Below the pieces are notes generated by a model. The model searched no databases, was not told where the DNA came from, and saw only the letters and a program-made list of their open reading frames with translations. The position numbers were made by a program, and so were the translations under genes. A stretch of DNA of 64,000 bases from Antechinus flavipes (Eukaryota), in NCBI RefSeq assembly GCF_016432865.1, contig NC_067398.1, positions 175,956,001 through 176,020,000 on the forward strand. Direction: 5' to 3'. Below are positions 36,781-51,275 of this stretch, one piece after another. Position 1 is the first letter of the stretch; each line of letters begins with the position of its first letter.

Positions 36781-38689
36781 CTTCCTTCTACCTTCTTTTA
36801 GAAATCATTCTGTCAATGCAAGTGATCATAAATACCATGTGTTGCATAAAACAGGGAAATATATACCAGCCAAAAGTATTTGCTAGTGTTGACAGAGATC
36901 TGTGTAGAGTACCAACTGAATAGGAATTCTATATAGATGGTGAGATTTTCCAGATGATGGTTTTTTTAATTGCATTTAATCACAAGTAATTATGGAGTCT
37001 TTTGTAAGAGAACTAAAATCACTCAAATGAGTTGACATAAACATCTATACAGAGAAGACCAAGTGGATGATGAAGAATGTATCCTGCCACAATTGTGACA
37101 TGCATTTGAATGAATAATCTATAGAGTTTATCCACCAGTGCTGGTTATGTTTGTGCTGTACATGTACATACATGTAAAACACACTAATACATATGAATAA
37201 TATATATGCATACATGTATTTTGTGGGTATATATACATATATATTCGTGAAATACAATGCAATTGGACAATGAATTTGAGCCAAAGATGGATAGGAGGAA
37301 AAAGAAACTTGATCACATTTGGGAACTTGCCAATTTCCATCAACAACCTTCAATCTTCTCAAGGAAACAAAGCTCATATTGTTAGCAGCTATATCTTAAC
37401 ACTTTTTCTGAATGACATCAAGACACAAAATACAATGGTCTCTGAAAAACTGAAAATGGATGTAAGACAGAAGGCAACAGAAAGGTTCACTCTTGAGTGT
37501 GAGCAGGACAGGCTGCAATATATGACCAATTAGGAACTCTCAAAAAATTCCACCAGGGGAATTCATAGTAAAAACAAAGTTATTTAATCACATGGCAAGG
37601 GTAAAGAAAAGGAGAAGAAATAATAAGTGAACAGCATTGATTCCTTTGTGGTATCAGTACAAAATGAGGAAAAACTCTAGCACATTGGTAGACTCCCTTT
37701 GATGAATTTATGGAAGATTATGAGGAACTATTCCACATGATGATCAAACATGCATTAGTTGCAATGTGTATGTTAGAGGGAATTTCTAAATCTATGAGAA
37801 CACATCCATTTGAGTCTAGTCAAGTCAAATCAATGTAATAAGTATTAAATTACTATGTGCTATTGATTCTACTAAGTCCTGGGAAGACAAAATTGAGAAG
37901 AACAACAGTTCCTGCCATCAAGGAGCTTACTATTCTAATGAGGAAGGCAATGTGTCAAAAGAAAGTTAAAAAGGGTTGGGGGAAAGAGAAGAAATGAAGA
38001 TACTTAGTGTGGGGGTTTTGTAGAAAAAGTCCTGGCTAGTTAAAAATGTAGCTTAGAGAAGAATGAAATTGTGGCTGGTCTGGTTATATTTGAAACCAGC
38101 TGATCAGAGGAAGAGGCCATAGAGATGGGAGGTATTTCCAGTGTGTAAAATTTTGAAGTAGAGTAGTCTTTTAGGATGAAGAAGTTTCTAAGCATGATAG
38201 AGAAAGACCAGGAAAGTAGGGAGTGACAACAGCAGTTGGAAATTGTGCTGAATGCTTCCTCTAATTTTCTTCATCATCCACTTGGTCTTATCGGTATAAA
38301 TGTTTATGTCAATTCATTTGAGTGATCTTAGTTCTCTTTCAAGAGGCTCCATAATTGCATGTGATTAAATTCAATAAAAAAAATCATCTGGAGAATTTTA
38401 CCATTTATATACAATTCCTGTTCAGCTTGAATCTCTACATTGAATCTCTTTCAACACTAGCAATGAGTTCAACAATTCTTTGTTTTGCCAGATACTGAGC
38501 ACAAGGATGATCAGAAAAAAATTTTTTTGCCCTATTCCCTAGTCAAGTAGCTTTCTCCATAATCAGGAAAGTGGTCTTTTTGGTGCTACAAGTCAGCAGT
38601 CACTTGTTTTGTTGCATGTTTTCACAACTTCCAAACATGTGTCTAATAGTACAACCTTGTGTACCTAATTGTATTACAATTTAAGAATC

Positions 38690-39400
38690 ATCACTCATCA
38701 ACTAACATTTATATATCAAGCAATGTCCTAAGTTCTAAGGATGCAACAAAAAATAAAAAAGTTCCAACTTTCAATGAATATATTTTATCTGAAATATATA
38801 TATATTAGTATTTCCAAAATAAATAATGAGCAGAATAAATGCAAAAGAAATATAAGGTAGCTAGTGATAGAAGGCACTAACAGTTGTCAGACTTTATGGA
38901 GAAGGTGCTACTTAAATTGATTCTTGGAAGAAGATAAAGACTCTATGAACTAATAGTGGAGGTAGAACATTCCAGGAATAGGAGATAGTGCAAAGTACAG
39001 ACATAGATAAAAGATGGAGTACCACGTGTGAGGAACAGGAAAAGAGTATTGGGGGCTGAATAATGGGAGTGCAATAAAGGAGAATCATATATAATGTTGT
39101 AAGCTGGACTTCTGGTCAAGTCATGAAAGCTTTAAAAGCCAAACATTTTTAACCAAGATTCAGTAGGGAGGCACTAGAGTTAACTGAGCAGGAAAATGAT
39201 CTGATCCTGCTTAATGAGTAAAGGTCAAATGGAAGAGATTTTGTGGAATTAGAAAAAAGGCAAGATTTGACAACTGATTGGTTATATGGGATGGCTGGGT
39301 TGTTTTCCATTCTCAAAGAGGATCAAAATGACATCACTCTTAAGAGTCAGATTAATGTGTGTGATTGTGGTTGTTCAGACCAATTTGAGTTCAGAATGCT
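38690..39400 (-). mobile_element. L2 fragment
   Basis: taacatttatatatcaagcaatgtcctaagttctaaggatgc... followed by purine-rich L2 body. Confidence 0.55.
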
Positions 39401-39434
39401 CTGCCAAAGGTCAGATACAAATAATCCTTATGAA

Positions 39435-39830
39435 TATTTGGGGTGGCTCCTCTAACTTTGTGCATCTTGCATTTCTTCTGAGCTAATTTAATTCTGCTTT
39501 GCTCATAGAGCACAGCACCTTCTCTGATGAGGGCATGCCATGCTGAGTGGTCCTGTGCCACGGTTTCTCATATCATATAATCAATTCTAAAATTCTTAAG
39601 AGAGAACTTGAGAGTATCCTTGTATCGCTTTTTCTGACCACCTTGTGAGCATTTGCCCTGTGTGAGTTTTCCATAAAATAGTCTTTGTCAAGCATACATC
39701 TAGCATTAAAATAATGTGCTTTTTTTTTTTTTTTTAAACAGTTGCGCTTTCTGCAGTAGAGTTTGAATGCTTGGCAGTTTAATTTGAGAAAGGATCTCAG
39801 CATCTGGTATCTTATTCTGACAGGGGATCT
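39435..39830 (-). mobile_element. RTE-clade LINE 3' fragment
   Basis: Minus strand encodes IPDAEILSQIKLPSIQTLLQKAQL..., typical of the RTE post-RT C-terminus. Confidence 0.85.
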
Positions 39831-41379
39831 TTACAATCTTCCTGATACAATAAAGGAGAGTTGTGAAAGTTTTTTGGAACATCTAATTTGAAATGTTCAA
39901 TAGGCAGTTGATGATGTAGGAGTAGAATTGGGGAGAAGATTTTGGGTTGCATATATACATCTGTGAATTGTCTGCATTGACTCATGAAGTCATTGTCACC
40001 AGGAGGGAGAATATATAGAGGATTTAAGAATGAACCCTATAGTACTCCAATTGTTATGATGGATACTGTGGATGAAGATCCAACAAAAGAGACTGAGAGA
40101 AGTTGTCAGATATGTAGGTTAGAGCAGTGCTATGAAAGCCCAGGAGTAGAGAGTTTTCCTGAGTGGAAACTCTTCATTAATTTGTATCTGTGAAACTGAC
40201 TTGTCAAATTCAATTTAGTGTTCAACTGTGTCCATCTCCCAGATAGTTAATGGTGAAACTTTAATTAGCACCCGAGTCTCCATCTACCACATCATTATGT
40301 TCTTCCTAAGTAGACAAAAATGAGCCTTTCCCTCCAACTTGACTCATTCATTCTCTACCATTGGAATAAGTATAAAACATTATTAAGTGTGACACTGAAG
40401 TCCCTTTGCAAACAACGATTTTGTCTTAATTTCTTTGTCTCCTTAATGTCAATAACATTAATTTTATAGAATTATTGGAAAAGAAATCAAACAAATAATT
40501 TCAAATGTGAAATATATGGATGTATTATTAGGAACAATATTGGAGATATTAAAAAAGCTAAATCACTTTAAAACTATGAAGTTATTTAGTGAACAGAAAG
40601 AAGAAAAATAATTTTCCTAGTGTAGACACTAAACTCATAGTTGAATTTGAACCTCTTTTTCCCCACTGAGGCCATTTTGTCTAAGCAAATCACAGTGTGT
40701 TTTGTTTTGTTTTAAATTTACATGTCTTAGATTCTTGGAAACATGGCAAGAATAACTTTCTAACCAATAATTTAATTTTTTTACATGTACAGGCTTTCAT
40801 TGAATTACAAAAACTGAAATCCTGCTAGAAAAAGAAAGGTTTAAATTAAGGGAAAATTATGTGTCTTACAAATCTCAAAAATGATAATTAAGGCTGAGGG
40901 TTGAAATAAAGAAATTTAAAGATTTTTTTTTGAAATCCAATGACTCCCTGAAAAAAAAAGTGTTTGTGTGAGGTCTTTAAGGGATGTAGAGATAACTTCT
41001 TCCTATTCCTGGGTTACAAGATTTCTTCCCAATATCATTAGGCCTGCTCTAATCAAGTAAGATTTTGGAGGACAAAGAATTACATTTTAGAATGACAGAA
41101 GGATCATCAGCTTCCTACTGACTTATTCTTACTTTACATCCTGTATTCCTGCGTACTTTCTAAGAAGCAAAAAGAACAGACTACCCTGTGCATAGGGAAA
41201 GGATGGGAGGTGACACTGGAAGTAGAATTGGAGGGAGGAATGATTATAGGTGTTTGTGCTGCTAAAGCTAACAAAATCATCTTGCATATATGCATACAAA
41301 TATATAATAAAATTTAGCCTCTCTTCCCTTGGTTTCTGTGATGTATTTTCATGAATCCCTTTATACATTTCTGATCACT

Positions 41380-41950
41380 CTTTCGGCCTTTTTTGATAGC
41401 TCATCATCTTTCTCCAGCATTCTAAAGAATAGATGTTTCCCAAAGTCCCGGTTGTGTCTTTTCCCACACTCTCACCCTTGTTCATCTTCTCCTATGGTTT
41501 CAATTATCGTCTTTATACAAATAACTTCTAAATCTGTAATTTCAACATTGTCTTCTCCTCTGCTTTCTAGTACTGCATTTCCAACTACATACTAGCTACA
41601 GTATCTCTGAATAGATGTCCCACCAATTCATCAAACTCAACATGTTCAAAATGGAATTTTTTATCTCTTTAATTTTCTATTTCTATTGATAGAAGACATT
41701 GCCCTAGGGATGCAGGCTCATAATCTTGGAATGATCTTTGAATCTTCTCTGTTGTCACATCTGCATCTAATCAGTTATCAAGCTATATCGATTTTACCAT
41801 CTTAACTGTCTTTTTTTTTAGGTCTTTATTTCTTCTCCAATGGATTATTTTGATAGAGGATACTATATCTTCTGCAATTCATCCTTCGTATCAATGTTAA
41901 AGTAATACCTAATACCTCACTTTGATCACACTATTCTTCCATTACAAAAG
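41380..41950 (+). mobile_element. L2 internal fragment
   Basis: ctagctacagtatctctgaatagatgtcccaccaattcatcaaactcaacatgttcaaaatggaa. Confidence 0.7.
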
Positions 41951-42264
41951 CTTTTGTGGCTCCCTATTGTTCCAGTTTTTTAAGAATTCTGAGGGTTTGG
42001 GGAGGTTTTTTGTTGTTGTTGTTGACAAACTTATGAGCAGACCAATCTTAGGTACATTGGTTACTCTCAGGAAGATTATATTACAATGTAAAATGCCAGA
42101 TATAACACCTTGATATTTAAATGAATATATGCTGCCTGATATATCCCTTCCACGGATTTTGTAACTTACCCATTCATGTCCATCTTGTGTGATTCTTTCA
42201 TGTCCTCCCTAAATTTTCTAAATTCTCCAAAGGTATCCCACCCAAATTATTAGAAGTTTTTTTT

Positions 42265-42382
42265 AAATTTTTCTGAGGCAACTGGGGTTAAGTAACTTGC
42301 TCTGGGTCACATAGCCAGGAAGTGATTTGAACTCATATCCTTCTGATTTCAGGGCTGGTGCTCTATCTAACTAACTGCACCC
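42265..42382 (-). mobile_element. WSINE1-like SINE
   Basis: ttttctgaggcaactggggttaagtaacttgctctgggtcacatagcc...gctctatcta...tgcaccc. Confidence 0.85.
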
Positions 42383-43959
42383 ATTATTATCTAGTTCTTA
42401 TGGTGTTAGTTACCAGCGTAGCATGCATATTGACTATTAGTTAAGTCTTACATTCATTATCTGATGTGATTTTTCCCAATAATATATTTTTTGTACCAGT
42501 TTTCCCATATATTTCTTCATCTGTAATGTATTACAACATCTCCTTACCTGATATGAAACTCCCTATTGCTTTACTTTAATTTCTTATATATTGATATTCC
42601 ATGAATCATTGCCATATAGCATCACTGGAAGACTATTGCTGGGAATTTGATTAAAAGATTGAAATCATTAAAAGAACTTCATAATTTGCCAAAGACAATC
42701 TAATCTTCTTCTTCTCATTCAATTCTAAGTAGGGCTTTTTCTCTCTTTGCATTGTATGTCCAGGACCCATATAGTGACAAATTTATGAGTTGTCCATCCA
42801 ATTCAATATCATAGTCTTACAATAGACATTCTACTTCCACTTGGTTGTTTCAGTGTAGAGAATCAGTCCAAATACTTTTGAGTAATTATGGATGTCATTT
42901 AAGATGCTTGGCCATATTTTGAGGCTTGAAACATTTAAAATAATGTTACACATACACAGACATAGACATACACAGACATACCCAGAGACACACACATTGA
43001 AGCTCTTAACTGATATAGGATCTCTATACCATTTGGACTTTTGGCTGAATTTCTTTGATGAAAGTAGCAAAAAACCTCAGGATACTTGATTAGAAAGAAG
43101 TGGAAAAAATTATTTCTGTAATTTATTTTGAGGAATTAACATTATTTCTTGTGATTTCAAAATATGTGTGAAAGACAATTTGTTGGAGAAGAGCCTCTAA
43201 GGCAGATTTTTAGCTCTGCCAAATCAAATGGTTTTGTAATAGTCTTCAAAGAAGCATAGCAATATCATATGCTCCCTAGACTTTTCAGTGAATTAAGTGA
43301 CTATAAAAATGTAGTCAAAATAAAATATTTTTGCCAAAGCCAGCATTTTGAACCTTCATCAAGGATGCCTCAGTGCACATATAGATTAGTCTCAATTATT
43401 TTTTTAGAAATGGGAAAGCAGACATGAGCCAGTAGTTATTCTTACTCATTAAAAAAAAAAAAAACCAAAGTACGAGATTTTTCTCAAATCTTTTGTATCC
43501 TTCCCTCTTTTATACATTTTGTAAACTGATCCTCAATGTAACCAAAGTCATTTTTTCTCTAGTATCAATTTCCTTTCCTCACATTTAATTTAAGAGAGCT
43601 GTTCATCACATCTTTGTTTCATCCAGTACTATTTCCAACTCATTGACCAGCACATCATAGGCCTGTGATGTTAGAATTCAAACGCAATTGTTTTGTGGCT
43701 ATTTATGGGAGGGGGGAGAATCTTTACAGATCTTTGACATTTTTCTTCTATTTGTTGACTTTTATCCTGTTTTATCCCAAGGTGACCAAAGGATGACTTT
43801 TCTTAATTGGATTTCTTGCTAGGATTTTTGGAGATTTGTTTTTCTAAATATTGCTTATTGATGTTTTATGAGGCAAGGAGATCAAGTGTTGTTGACTGAA
43901 ACAGTTTCTAGACCCTTTCAGTCTTCTTGTTATGATGATTATTTTACTAGTTAAGCTTT

Positions 43960-46400
43960 TTGTTTTTAATACAAAATGAGTTTTTAAATCCAAAAATGAG
44001 TTTTTAATTAATGTCTTTTGTTTTTCTTTTTGTATCATCACCATTTTCCTGATTGCAACACTCTCTTCTCCTTGCAGCAAGATATTCTCTGTAATACTTT
44101 TAAAGACAAAAGAATCCAGCAGTGTTTCTATTGGGCTTATATCCCAAAGAAATACTAAAGAAGGGAAAGGGACCTGTATGTGCCAAAATGTTTGTAGCAG
44201 CCCTGTTTGTAGTGGCTAGAAACTGGAAAATGAATGGATGCCCATCAATTGGAGAATGGCTGGGTAAATTGTGGTATATGAATGTTATGGAATATTATTG
44301 TTCTGTAAGAAATGACCAGCAGGATGAATACAGAGAGGACTGGCGAGACTTACATGAACTGATGCTAAGTGAAATGAGCAGAACCAGGAGATCATTATAC
44401 ACTTCGACAACGATATTGTATGAGGACATATTTTGATGGAAGTGGATTTCTTTGACAAAGAGACCTAACTGAGTTTCAATTGATAAATGATGGACAAAAG
44501 CAGCTACATCCAAAGAAAGAACACTGGGAAACGAATGTGAACTATCTGCATTTTTGTTTTTCTTCCCGGGATATTTATACCTTCTGAATCCAATTCTCCC
44601 TATGCAACAAGAGAACTGTTCGGTTCTGCAAACATATATTGTATTTAGGATATACTGCAACATATCCAACATATAAAGGACTGCTTGCCATCTAGGGGAG
44701 GAGGTGGAGGGAGGGAGAGGAAAAAAATTGGAACAGAAACAAGTGCAAAGGATAATGTTGTAAAAAAAAAAATTATCCTGGCATGGATTCTGTCAATATA
44801 AAGTAATTATTAAATAAAAATTAAAAAACAAAAAACAAAACAAAACAAAACAAAAAAAGACAAATGAAGAAGTAAAACTATCAGCATAAAATCTGAAGTC
44901 TGAAAATATGTGATATATACCATATTTGTGGACCTCTGCAAAAGGTCGTTAGTGTCTCTTCTTTTAAATTATGTTTTTTCTTTTTAAAAACATTTATAAA
45001 ATTCATTTTTGATTTTTCTGTGTGTGTGTGTTTTTTTTTTCCATTAACCTTGTTGTAGTCATTGTGTATATTGTTTTCTTGTCTCTGCTTACTTCACTTT
45101 GTATCAATTCATATAGATGTTTCTGTTCTTCTCTATGGCCATCATTTTTTAGAGTAAAGTAGTATTCTATTCTATTTATATACCATAATTGACATAACTA
45201 TTCTCTACTCAATGGATAGCTATTTTGTTTACAACTCTTTGATATCACAACAAATGTTGCTATTACCAAGAACTTTCTTCTTATTAGCAGCCTTCTTGGT
45301 ATATTAGCTTATTAGTGGTCTGTCTGAGTAAAACAATATGGATATTTTAGTTACTTTGTTTTAATTCCAAATTTATTTCCAAAATGTTTGCATGGTTCTC
45401 AATTCCACTAACAAAGCACTCACACCCCTACTTTTCTATAATCTTTCCTTTTATCTTTAATATATTTCATCTTTTGTCATCTGAGTTATTATGACATACA
45501 TTTCTCTTAATATTAATTATGTAGAAAATTCTTCCATAAGGTTGTTAATAGTTTGTAATTTATTCTTTGGGAACTGTTTATGCATATCCTTGATTACTTA
45601 TCTATTTGAAAATGACTTTAATATAGATATAGGAATCTCCATTTACATTCAAATATATACACACAGAGAGAAGTTACTTATTTATAAATAATATTGGATA
45701 TCAAATCCTTCTCAGAAAAATTTGATACAAAGAGCTTTCCCTCCACTCAACTGCTTCTCTTCTCATCTCCAGGTCATTAATTTGGTTTGTGAAAAAGCTT
45801 TTCTCATTCCATGTAGTCACAGTTATCTTTTTTTATCTTTTGTAATTGCCTCTATCCATTGTTTAGGTAAGAATATATGTCCTACCCATAGCTGTGAAAG
45901 ATATGTGAACTACTTCTGAATTTTTTATAGTATGATTTTAATATTAAGATTATTATTTAAATGTACTGTGGATATGGTGTTTAAGATGTTTGTCTAAGCC
46001 TAATTTCTGTCAGAGGATTTTCTAGTTTTCCAGGCAGTTTTAATTATATGTGGAGTTCTTTCCTATGTATTTATATTTTCCTGTTTTTCAGTCACATATT
46101 TATTGAGTCCCATTGTTTCTTATTCTTCCTTATCTAGACTATTTCATGCTTTACTTCTATATCTTTTAACCAGTTCCAAATGGTTTTGACTATTCCAATT
46201 TTATAATATAGTTAGAGGTCTAGAAGTGCTATTTCCTCTTTTGCCCCTACCTATTTCCCTTGAAAGTCTAAACATTTTAGTTTTTCACACGGATTCTGTT
46301 ATTGTGTTATCAAGTTCCATATAGTATCCTTTGATAATTTCATTGGTTAAGTTAAACTTCTTTATGGAATGTTGTTAATTTTTGTTGCTATCTATTCTTT
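43960..46400 (-). mobile_element. Old marsupial L1 3' portion, interrupted by a younger L1
   Basis: Antisense L1 3'UTR/ORF2 pattern (ttgtagtcattgtgtatattgttttc...cttcactttgtatcaattcatatag). Confidence 0.65.
44115..44855 (+). mobile_element. Young 5'-truncated L1 with TSD
   Basis: Intact ORF2 C-terminus (KGPVCAKMFVAALFVVARNWKMNGCPSIGEWLGKLWYMNVMEYYC), AATAAA, A/AAAAC tail, 13-bp TSD aaagacaaaagaa (44102-44114) / aaagacaaatgaa (44856-44868) at a TTTT/AA site. Confidence 0.95.
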
Positions 46401-46943
46401 TCTTCTCCATTTTTCATTTAAATAGCAGTATTTCTACTTCCAATCCCCACAATTTAGTAATCATCTTGAAGACCTTCATGGTAAGAAATACAGATTCAGA
46501 AGACAATCAATTTGATGTTTAGACAGTTTGGATAGCACTTTACAGTTATGACTGACTTAAAATACTTTATACATTCTTAGAGACAAAGACCAAGGCCAAA
46601 AAAGACAAATGGAAAAGCCAGAACTCAAACCTAGATTTTATAACTCCAAGTTAGATGCTTTCTCTCATTCTGATTTTTATTTAAAAAATATTTCCTTAGA
46701 CACACAGGAGTACATACATTTATACTACCATAGTTTCCAGATAAGATTAGAGGTCTCTCTTCTCTCAAAATAATCCCCATTAATCTTGACAATATCCAAG
46801 GCATGATAATTCTTATTTTAAAGATTGAAAAGTTGATTTATTCAGAGCTTCCTCCAGGAGTAAGGCAGCTCAGCTAGAACTATAATGTGTCTTCCTGATT
46901 CTCTTATGTGAACAGAAACTCATTTTTGATACCTATGTTTCAG

Positions 46944-47100
46944 ACCAGGAGGTCTTTTGCCGTTTGGTGCATTGTCTAACCATTCTGTGTTCCTTATAAC
47001 TTCTCCTATTCATTGACCATAAGTCATGTCATATAGCTTACCTGAAGTCACCTGGCAAACTTTCCATTGTATTTACCACCCATACAACTCGACACTTCAG
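46944..47100 (+). other. Candidate non-coding exon
   Basis: Acceptor tacctatgtttcag|, donor cag|gtatat, stops in all three frames, two CpGs retained. Confidence 0.3.
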
Positions 47101-48409
47101 GTATATAGATGGTAAATCCATATACAGAGATCACACAAGCTTTTTTGGAATTTTTTTTTTTTTACTATCTTTTAAGTGCTGAATTAAGCTGATTTCTAAA
47201 GGAAGGTGTTAAATAATTCTTCAAAGGGAGCCACTATCACTTGTGACTTTAATAATTTATTTGTAAAAAATTAAAAATTTGTAATAAGACATTATAAATT
47301 GAACAAGTTATTTGATCCTTCAGTTTCAGCATATTTACCAAGGAAATGACCAAAAGCTTTTTAGCTCCTCAAATGTTGACATCTCAGAGATATCTGATCA
47401 TTATGAAGGGACCTAAAATCTCTGAATTGTTTTTGACATCACACAGACTAAGTACAATGGATTTGCTACGGATATTCTTTCCTGTTATTGGTTAGTGCCA
47501 CAAGCGGATAACTGGATTTAAGGATAAAATTAAGGAGTTAAGGATAAAATTAGCCTCAGCTAGTAATAATATGGTTGATTCTTGCTTTATCTCTGAGAGT
47601 ACATGGTGATGGTTCCTCCTATGTGTACAGGATATGAAGAAGGAAAAGAATTCTACAAAATCCCTGTGTGGAATAGTTGAGTTTTTAAATTCATATGTCA
47701 ATTTTATTTAGTATATATTTAATAAATTTTAATGAAACTAATCAATGAACACATCAAGGGCTTCCTAGATAAGACTATTAGTGATGGAGTAAGCAGAATT
47801 TTTTCAAGTAATCTTTCACAATAATAGGCCATAGTTTTTCCAGTTGTTGCTAGAGATATAAGGAATGAATAATCTTAATGTTGCATTTGGTTTACTAAAC
47901 AAAAGCGTGCCTTAAAAGCTCTCTTCCAAAAAGATGTCTCCTATAGATACATCAAAATTATTCAAGATTCTTAGAAATTCATAGCTACTATAAACCTTAT
48001 TGATGAATGCCCTAATTATTATTATCTGATAGCACATAAAACAAGTTATCTGCTTGCCAAGATCAGGAGATCTAGAGCAGAGTTGAAATAGAAGAGACAT
48101 TCCCTGTAGATAGTTAAATTCTCAATATCCCCTGCCAAGTTCTCTAAGATGTTCTTTGTGGGTGATCTTAAACTGGTTACATCAGAGCTCAAAATATTTC
48201 AGGGACTCTTGGATAAAATTTTCTATATGCACTTGATCTTATGGATGTATTTTCTTCCTAAAGGATAAAGTATTATATAAATACAAGCGACAATAACACT
48301 TCACTTACCCAGAGTTCATTTTCCCCTATTCCATTTGCTTACTATATACAAAGCATTTGCTAGGGATTGATAAGAGGTTAAAAGAAATTGAAAATACTGC
48401 CCTTGATTA

Positions 48410-48640
48410 GTGTGAGTAGAACCTACGGCCTGTTGTCAGGATGACAAGTTCAAATCCAACCTCAGTTACTTAATATATGACTCTGCTCAATCCTGTCTGC
48501 CTCAGTTTCCTCAACTATAAAATTAGGATAATATTAGTACCTATATCTCAGAGTTTTAGGATCAAATAAAAAAAATTATAAAAAGCACTTTGCATATTGT
48601 CTGGCACACAGTAAGTATGATATACTTATTCTCTTCCCTC
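48410..48640 (+). mobile_element. MIR/CORE-SINE
   Basis: caagttcaaatccaacctcag...ctgcctcagtttcctcaactataaaa...ggcacacagtaag. Confidence 0.75.
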
Positions 48641-49109
48641 CCTTCCCCTGCTTATAGAAAGTTTAAAGACTAAGTAGGGGCAAGTACATATACAGAAATA
48701 CCTAACTTGCAAAATAAAATAAGAAAAGGGTACAAGAGCTGTACAGAGTATTGTGTAATATCAGGAAGAAAAGATCACTTTTGATCAGATAGACATTTCA
48801 AAGGATATACGGAATTTCCAAAGAAACAGTTGAGGTTACAAGTAGGATTTAGATATCTGAAATGGCATAAGCAAAAGTCATGTAGGTATGTCTAGGTTGT
48901 ACTAGATACGATTGTAGTAGCTCTTATTGACTAAAGTAAAGAACTTGTAGTCTGAATTCCATAGATGAAAATAAGGAGCTTTGCAGAACAATTAGACCCA
49001 CTAGTCTAATACTAATCTAATACGACATTTTGTTTGGTTTTCATAACAGAATACCATTTCATTCTAATTTGACTATTCATAAATGATCTATTAATATGCT
49101 CACTACATC

Positions 49110-49245
49110 AAGAGAAAGTGAGGAAGACTTCCAATATGTTGGATAGGCCCCCTACAGCAAATTTCTGGAAAGACATGGACAACAATTACATAAACAGGAC
49201 CAGGTATGGATGGATAGTGATCTGCTTCATTGAAGGCTATGTCCC
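49110..49245 (+). mobile_element. Decayed RTE 3' end
   Basis: aggaagacttcc...ttggataggccccctac...catggacaacaatt...atggatggatagtgatctgc resembles the marsupial RTE terminus as I recall it. Confidence 0.5.
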
Positions 49246-51039
49246 TGAGATCAGAGATCCATTTGTATATTTGGATATTAAAATTAACATATTCCTGTCG
49301 TCAATAGATTGAGTTTCTAAAAGGTTGTTAGAGGAGTTGGTTGGGTTTTTGCGAGATTTCTTAGAGTGAAAAGAATCATCTTTCTTCATTCATTGAAGCC
49401 AGAATTGCTATCTCTGCTATGGTGACAGTATAATTACCTCAGAGGATATGTCACGGAATTTGAGTTGATTTTGAAATGATTTTTTTAAATTAGTGAATGA
49501 TTGGATGAATTAAAAAAATTTATGAAGTGCTGCAATTTTCATTGAGAAATGATCTGATAACCAAGCTTACAATAGCTAGCATCTTAGAGGATCCTCCAAC
49601 CAGAATCTTTCTCTATGTGGGCATGAGAAAAGGGATGAAGAAATACATTCTGAGTTAGGAAATATGAATGAGTACCAGATTGATAGCTCTCTCCCCTCAA
49701 AAACCAGAGTTCAGAGACAAACCTGATACAAGGTAATAAATCTTGAACAATAATAGCATAGATGATATTGCAAAATTGTGCAGGGTTTGTAAATAAGAAT
49801 AGTTTCAATGGGTTCTAACTTTGGAGATAAGAAAGATTTGGTGATTCATATAGAAAAATGAGTATGGAGTCAGGAGGTAGCACTAATGTGTGAGTTAGGA
49901 GGCAGCATTCATGTGTGCGAATCAGTTGGGAGATTATTTTTCCTTAAAGAGTTTTGTAGAATGTTATGTTGTCTCAAAAGGTACCCTATATTTTTTGGCC
50001 TATTCAGCATTAAACTCCCTTATTTTTTTTCAGGGATAATTTAATCTGAATAAAGTATTGACTATGGCTTTTTAAAAAAATCAGTAGAATTCATGCATTT
50101 CCTCTTTCCTTATAATCTTGAATCTGTGTTTCTTTCATAATATATCGAACCACTGAAAACATCCCCTTTTATTACATCCTAAGTTGGTGAGGCATATGCC
50201 AGTCTACCAAAGGAAAACCTGTCAAATTCATTTTATTTTTTCAAGGTATTGGTTATAGACTTAGAGCCACATTATATGGACTATAATAGAACATGATCAG
50301 GGCTGAAGGCAATGATTCAAATAAGATATCACACACTGTAAAAAGCCACTGAAATCCCATCTCCTCTAGAACGTTCAGACTCCCACTATAGAACTATTCA
50401 GAACTACCTTTCAATGTCATTCAATCAATCAATCAAATTCAGGTTTGCTTTTATATCACATTTCTTTAGAGTAAACAAAGAATCTTAGGTCTAGTAACAA
50501 CTACATGAGTGTCACTGTTAGAAAAATGTTTCAATTCATTCACCACTGTCATGTGATAAGAACCCTACTTGCTATCTGCCCAATGCACTTCAGTTTTCTC
50601 CTATAAAAATAGTCCCAAGAATAAATATGGAACCTTCTACTGCTTTTGATATGATCCTAGATAAGACAAATCTTTTATTTATTTATAGTCAAATGATTCA
50701 GTGATTTCACTTAGTTCCTTAGTGTCTGTATATTGTAATGCTCACACCTATCATGTCACTTTACATTGTCTTCTGTAGCTGATTAATCACCTTTAGTTCC
50801 TCACTAAACTTCTCTTCAGAAGCAGTGGTTTTCTACTTCTAGCTATGATAGAACAACAAGGATAAAATTGAAAAGATAGTCTTTTCCTTTTGTGGGAATC
50901 TTGAGATCAGTAAAAGAGCTTTGCAATTTCCAGAAAGCATCCTCATCCTGTGCAATTCTGGGCTTAACTTACTATTTGTGCTATATCACAGATATACATA
51001 CAATTCCACAAGCTCTCTAGAGTATTCATCCCAATATAT

Positions 51040-51275
51040 ATTGGGTAGCTAGGTGATATAATGCATATGAATGCTAGACCTGGAGTCTGGAAAACTTGAG
51101 TTCAAATTCTCCCTCAGCCATATACTAACTGTGTGATCCCAGGCAAGTTATTTACACTTTCAGCTTCAGTTTCCTTATCTCTAAAAATTAGGATAGTAAT
51201 AGTACTTATTTCTTAGAGTTGTAGTAAAGGTCAAATGAGATAACATATGCACAGTTCTTTTCCAACCTCAAAACT
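51040..51275 (+). mobile_element. MIR SINE
   Basis: gtagctaggtgata...gacctggagtctgg...ccaggcaagttatttacac. Confidence 0.8.

Noticed and set aside
49118-49312. Short ORF with an apparent donor cag|gtatgg
   Set aside because: Explained by a decayed RTE 3' end.
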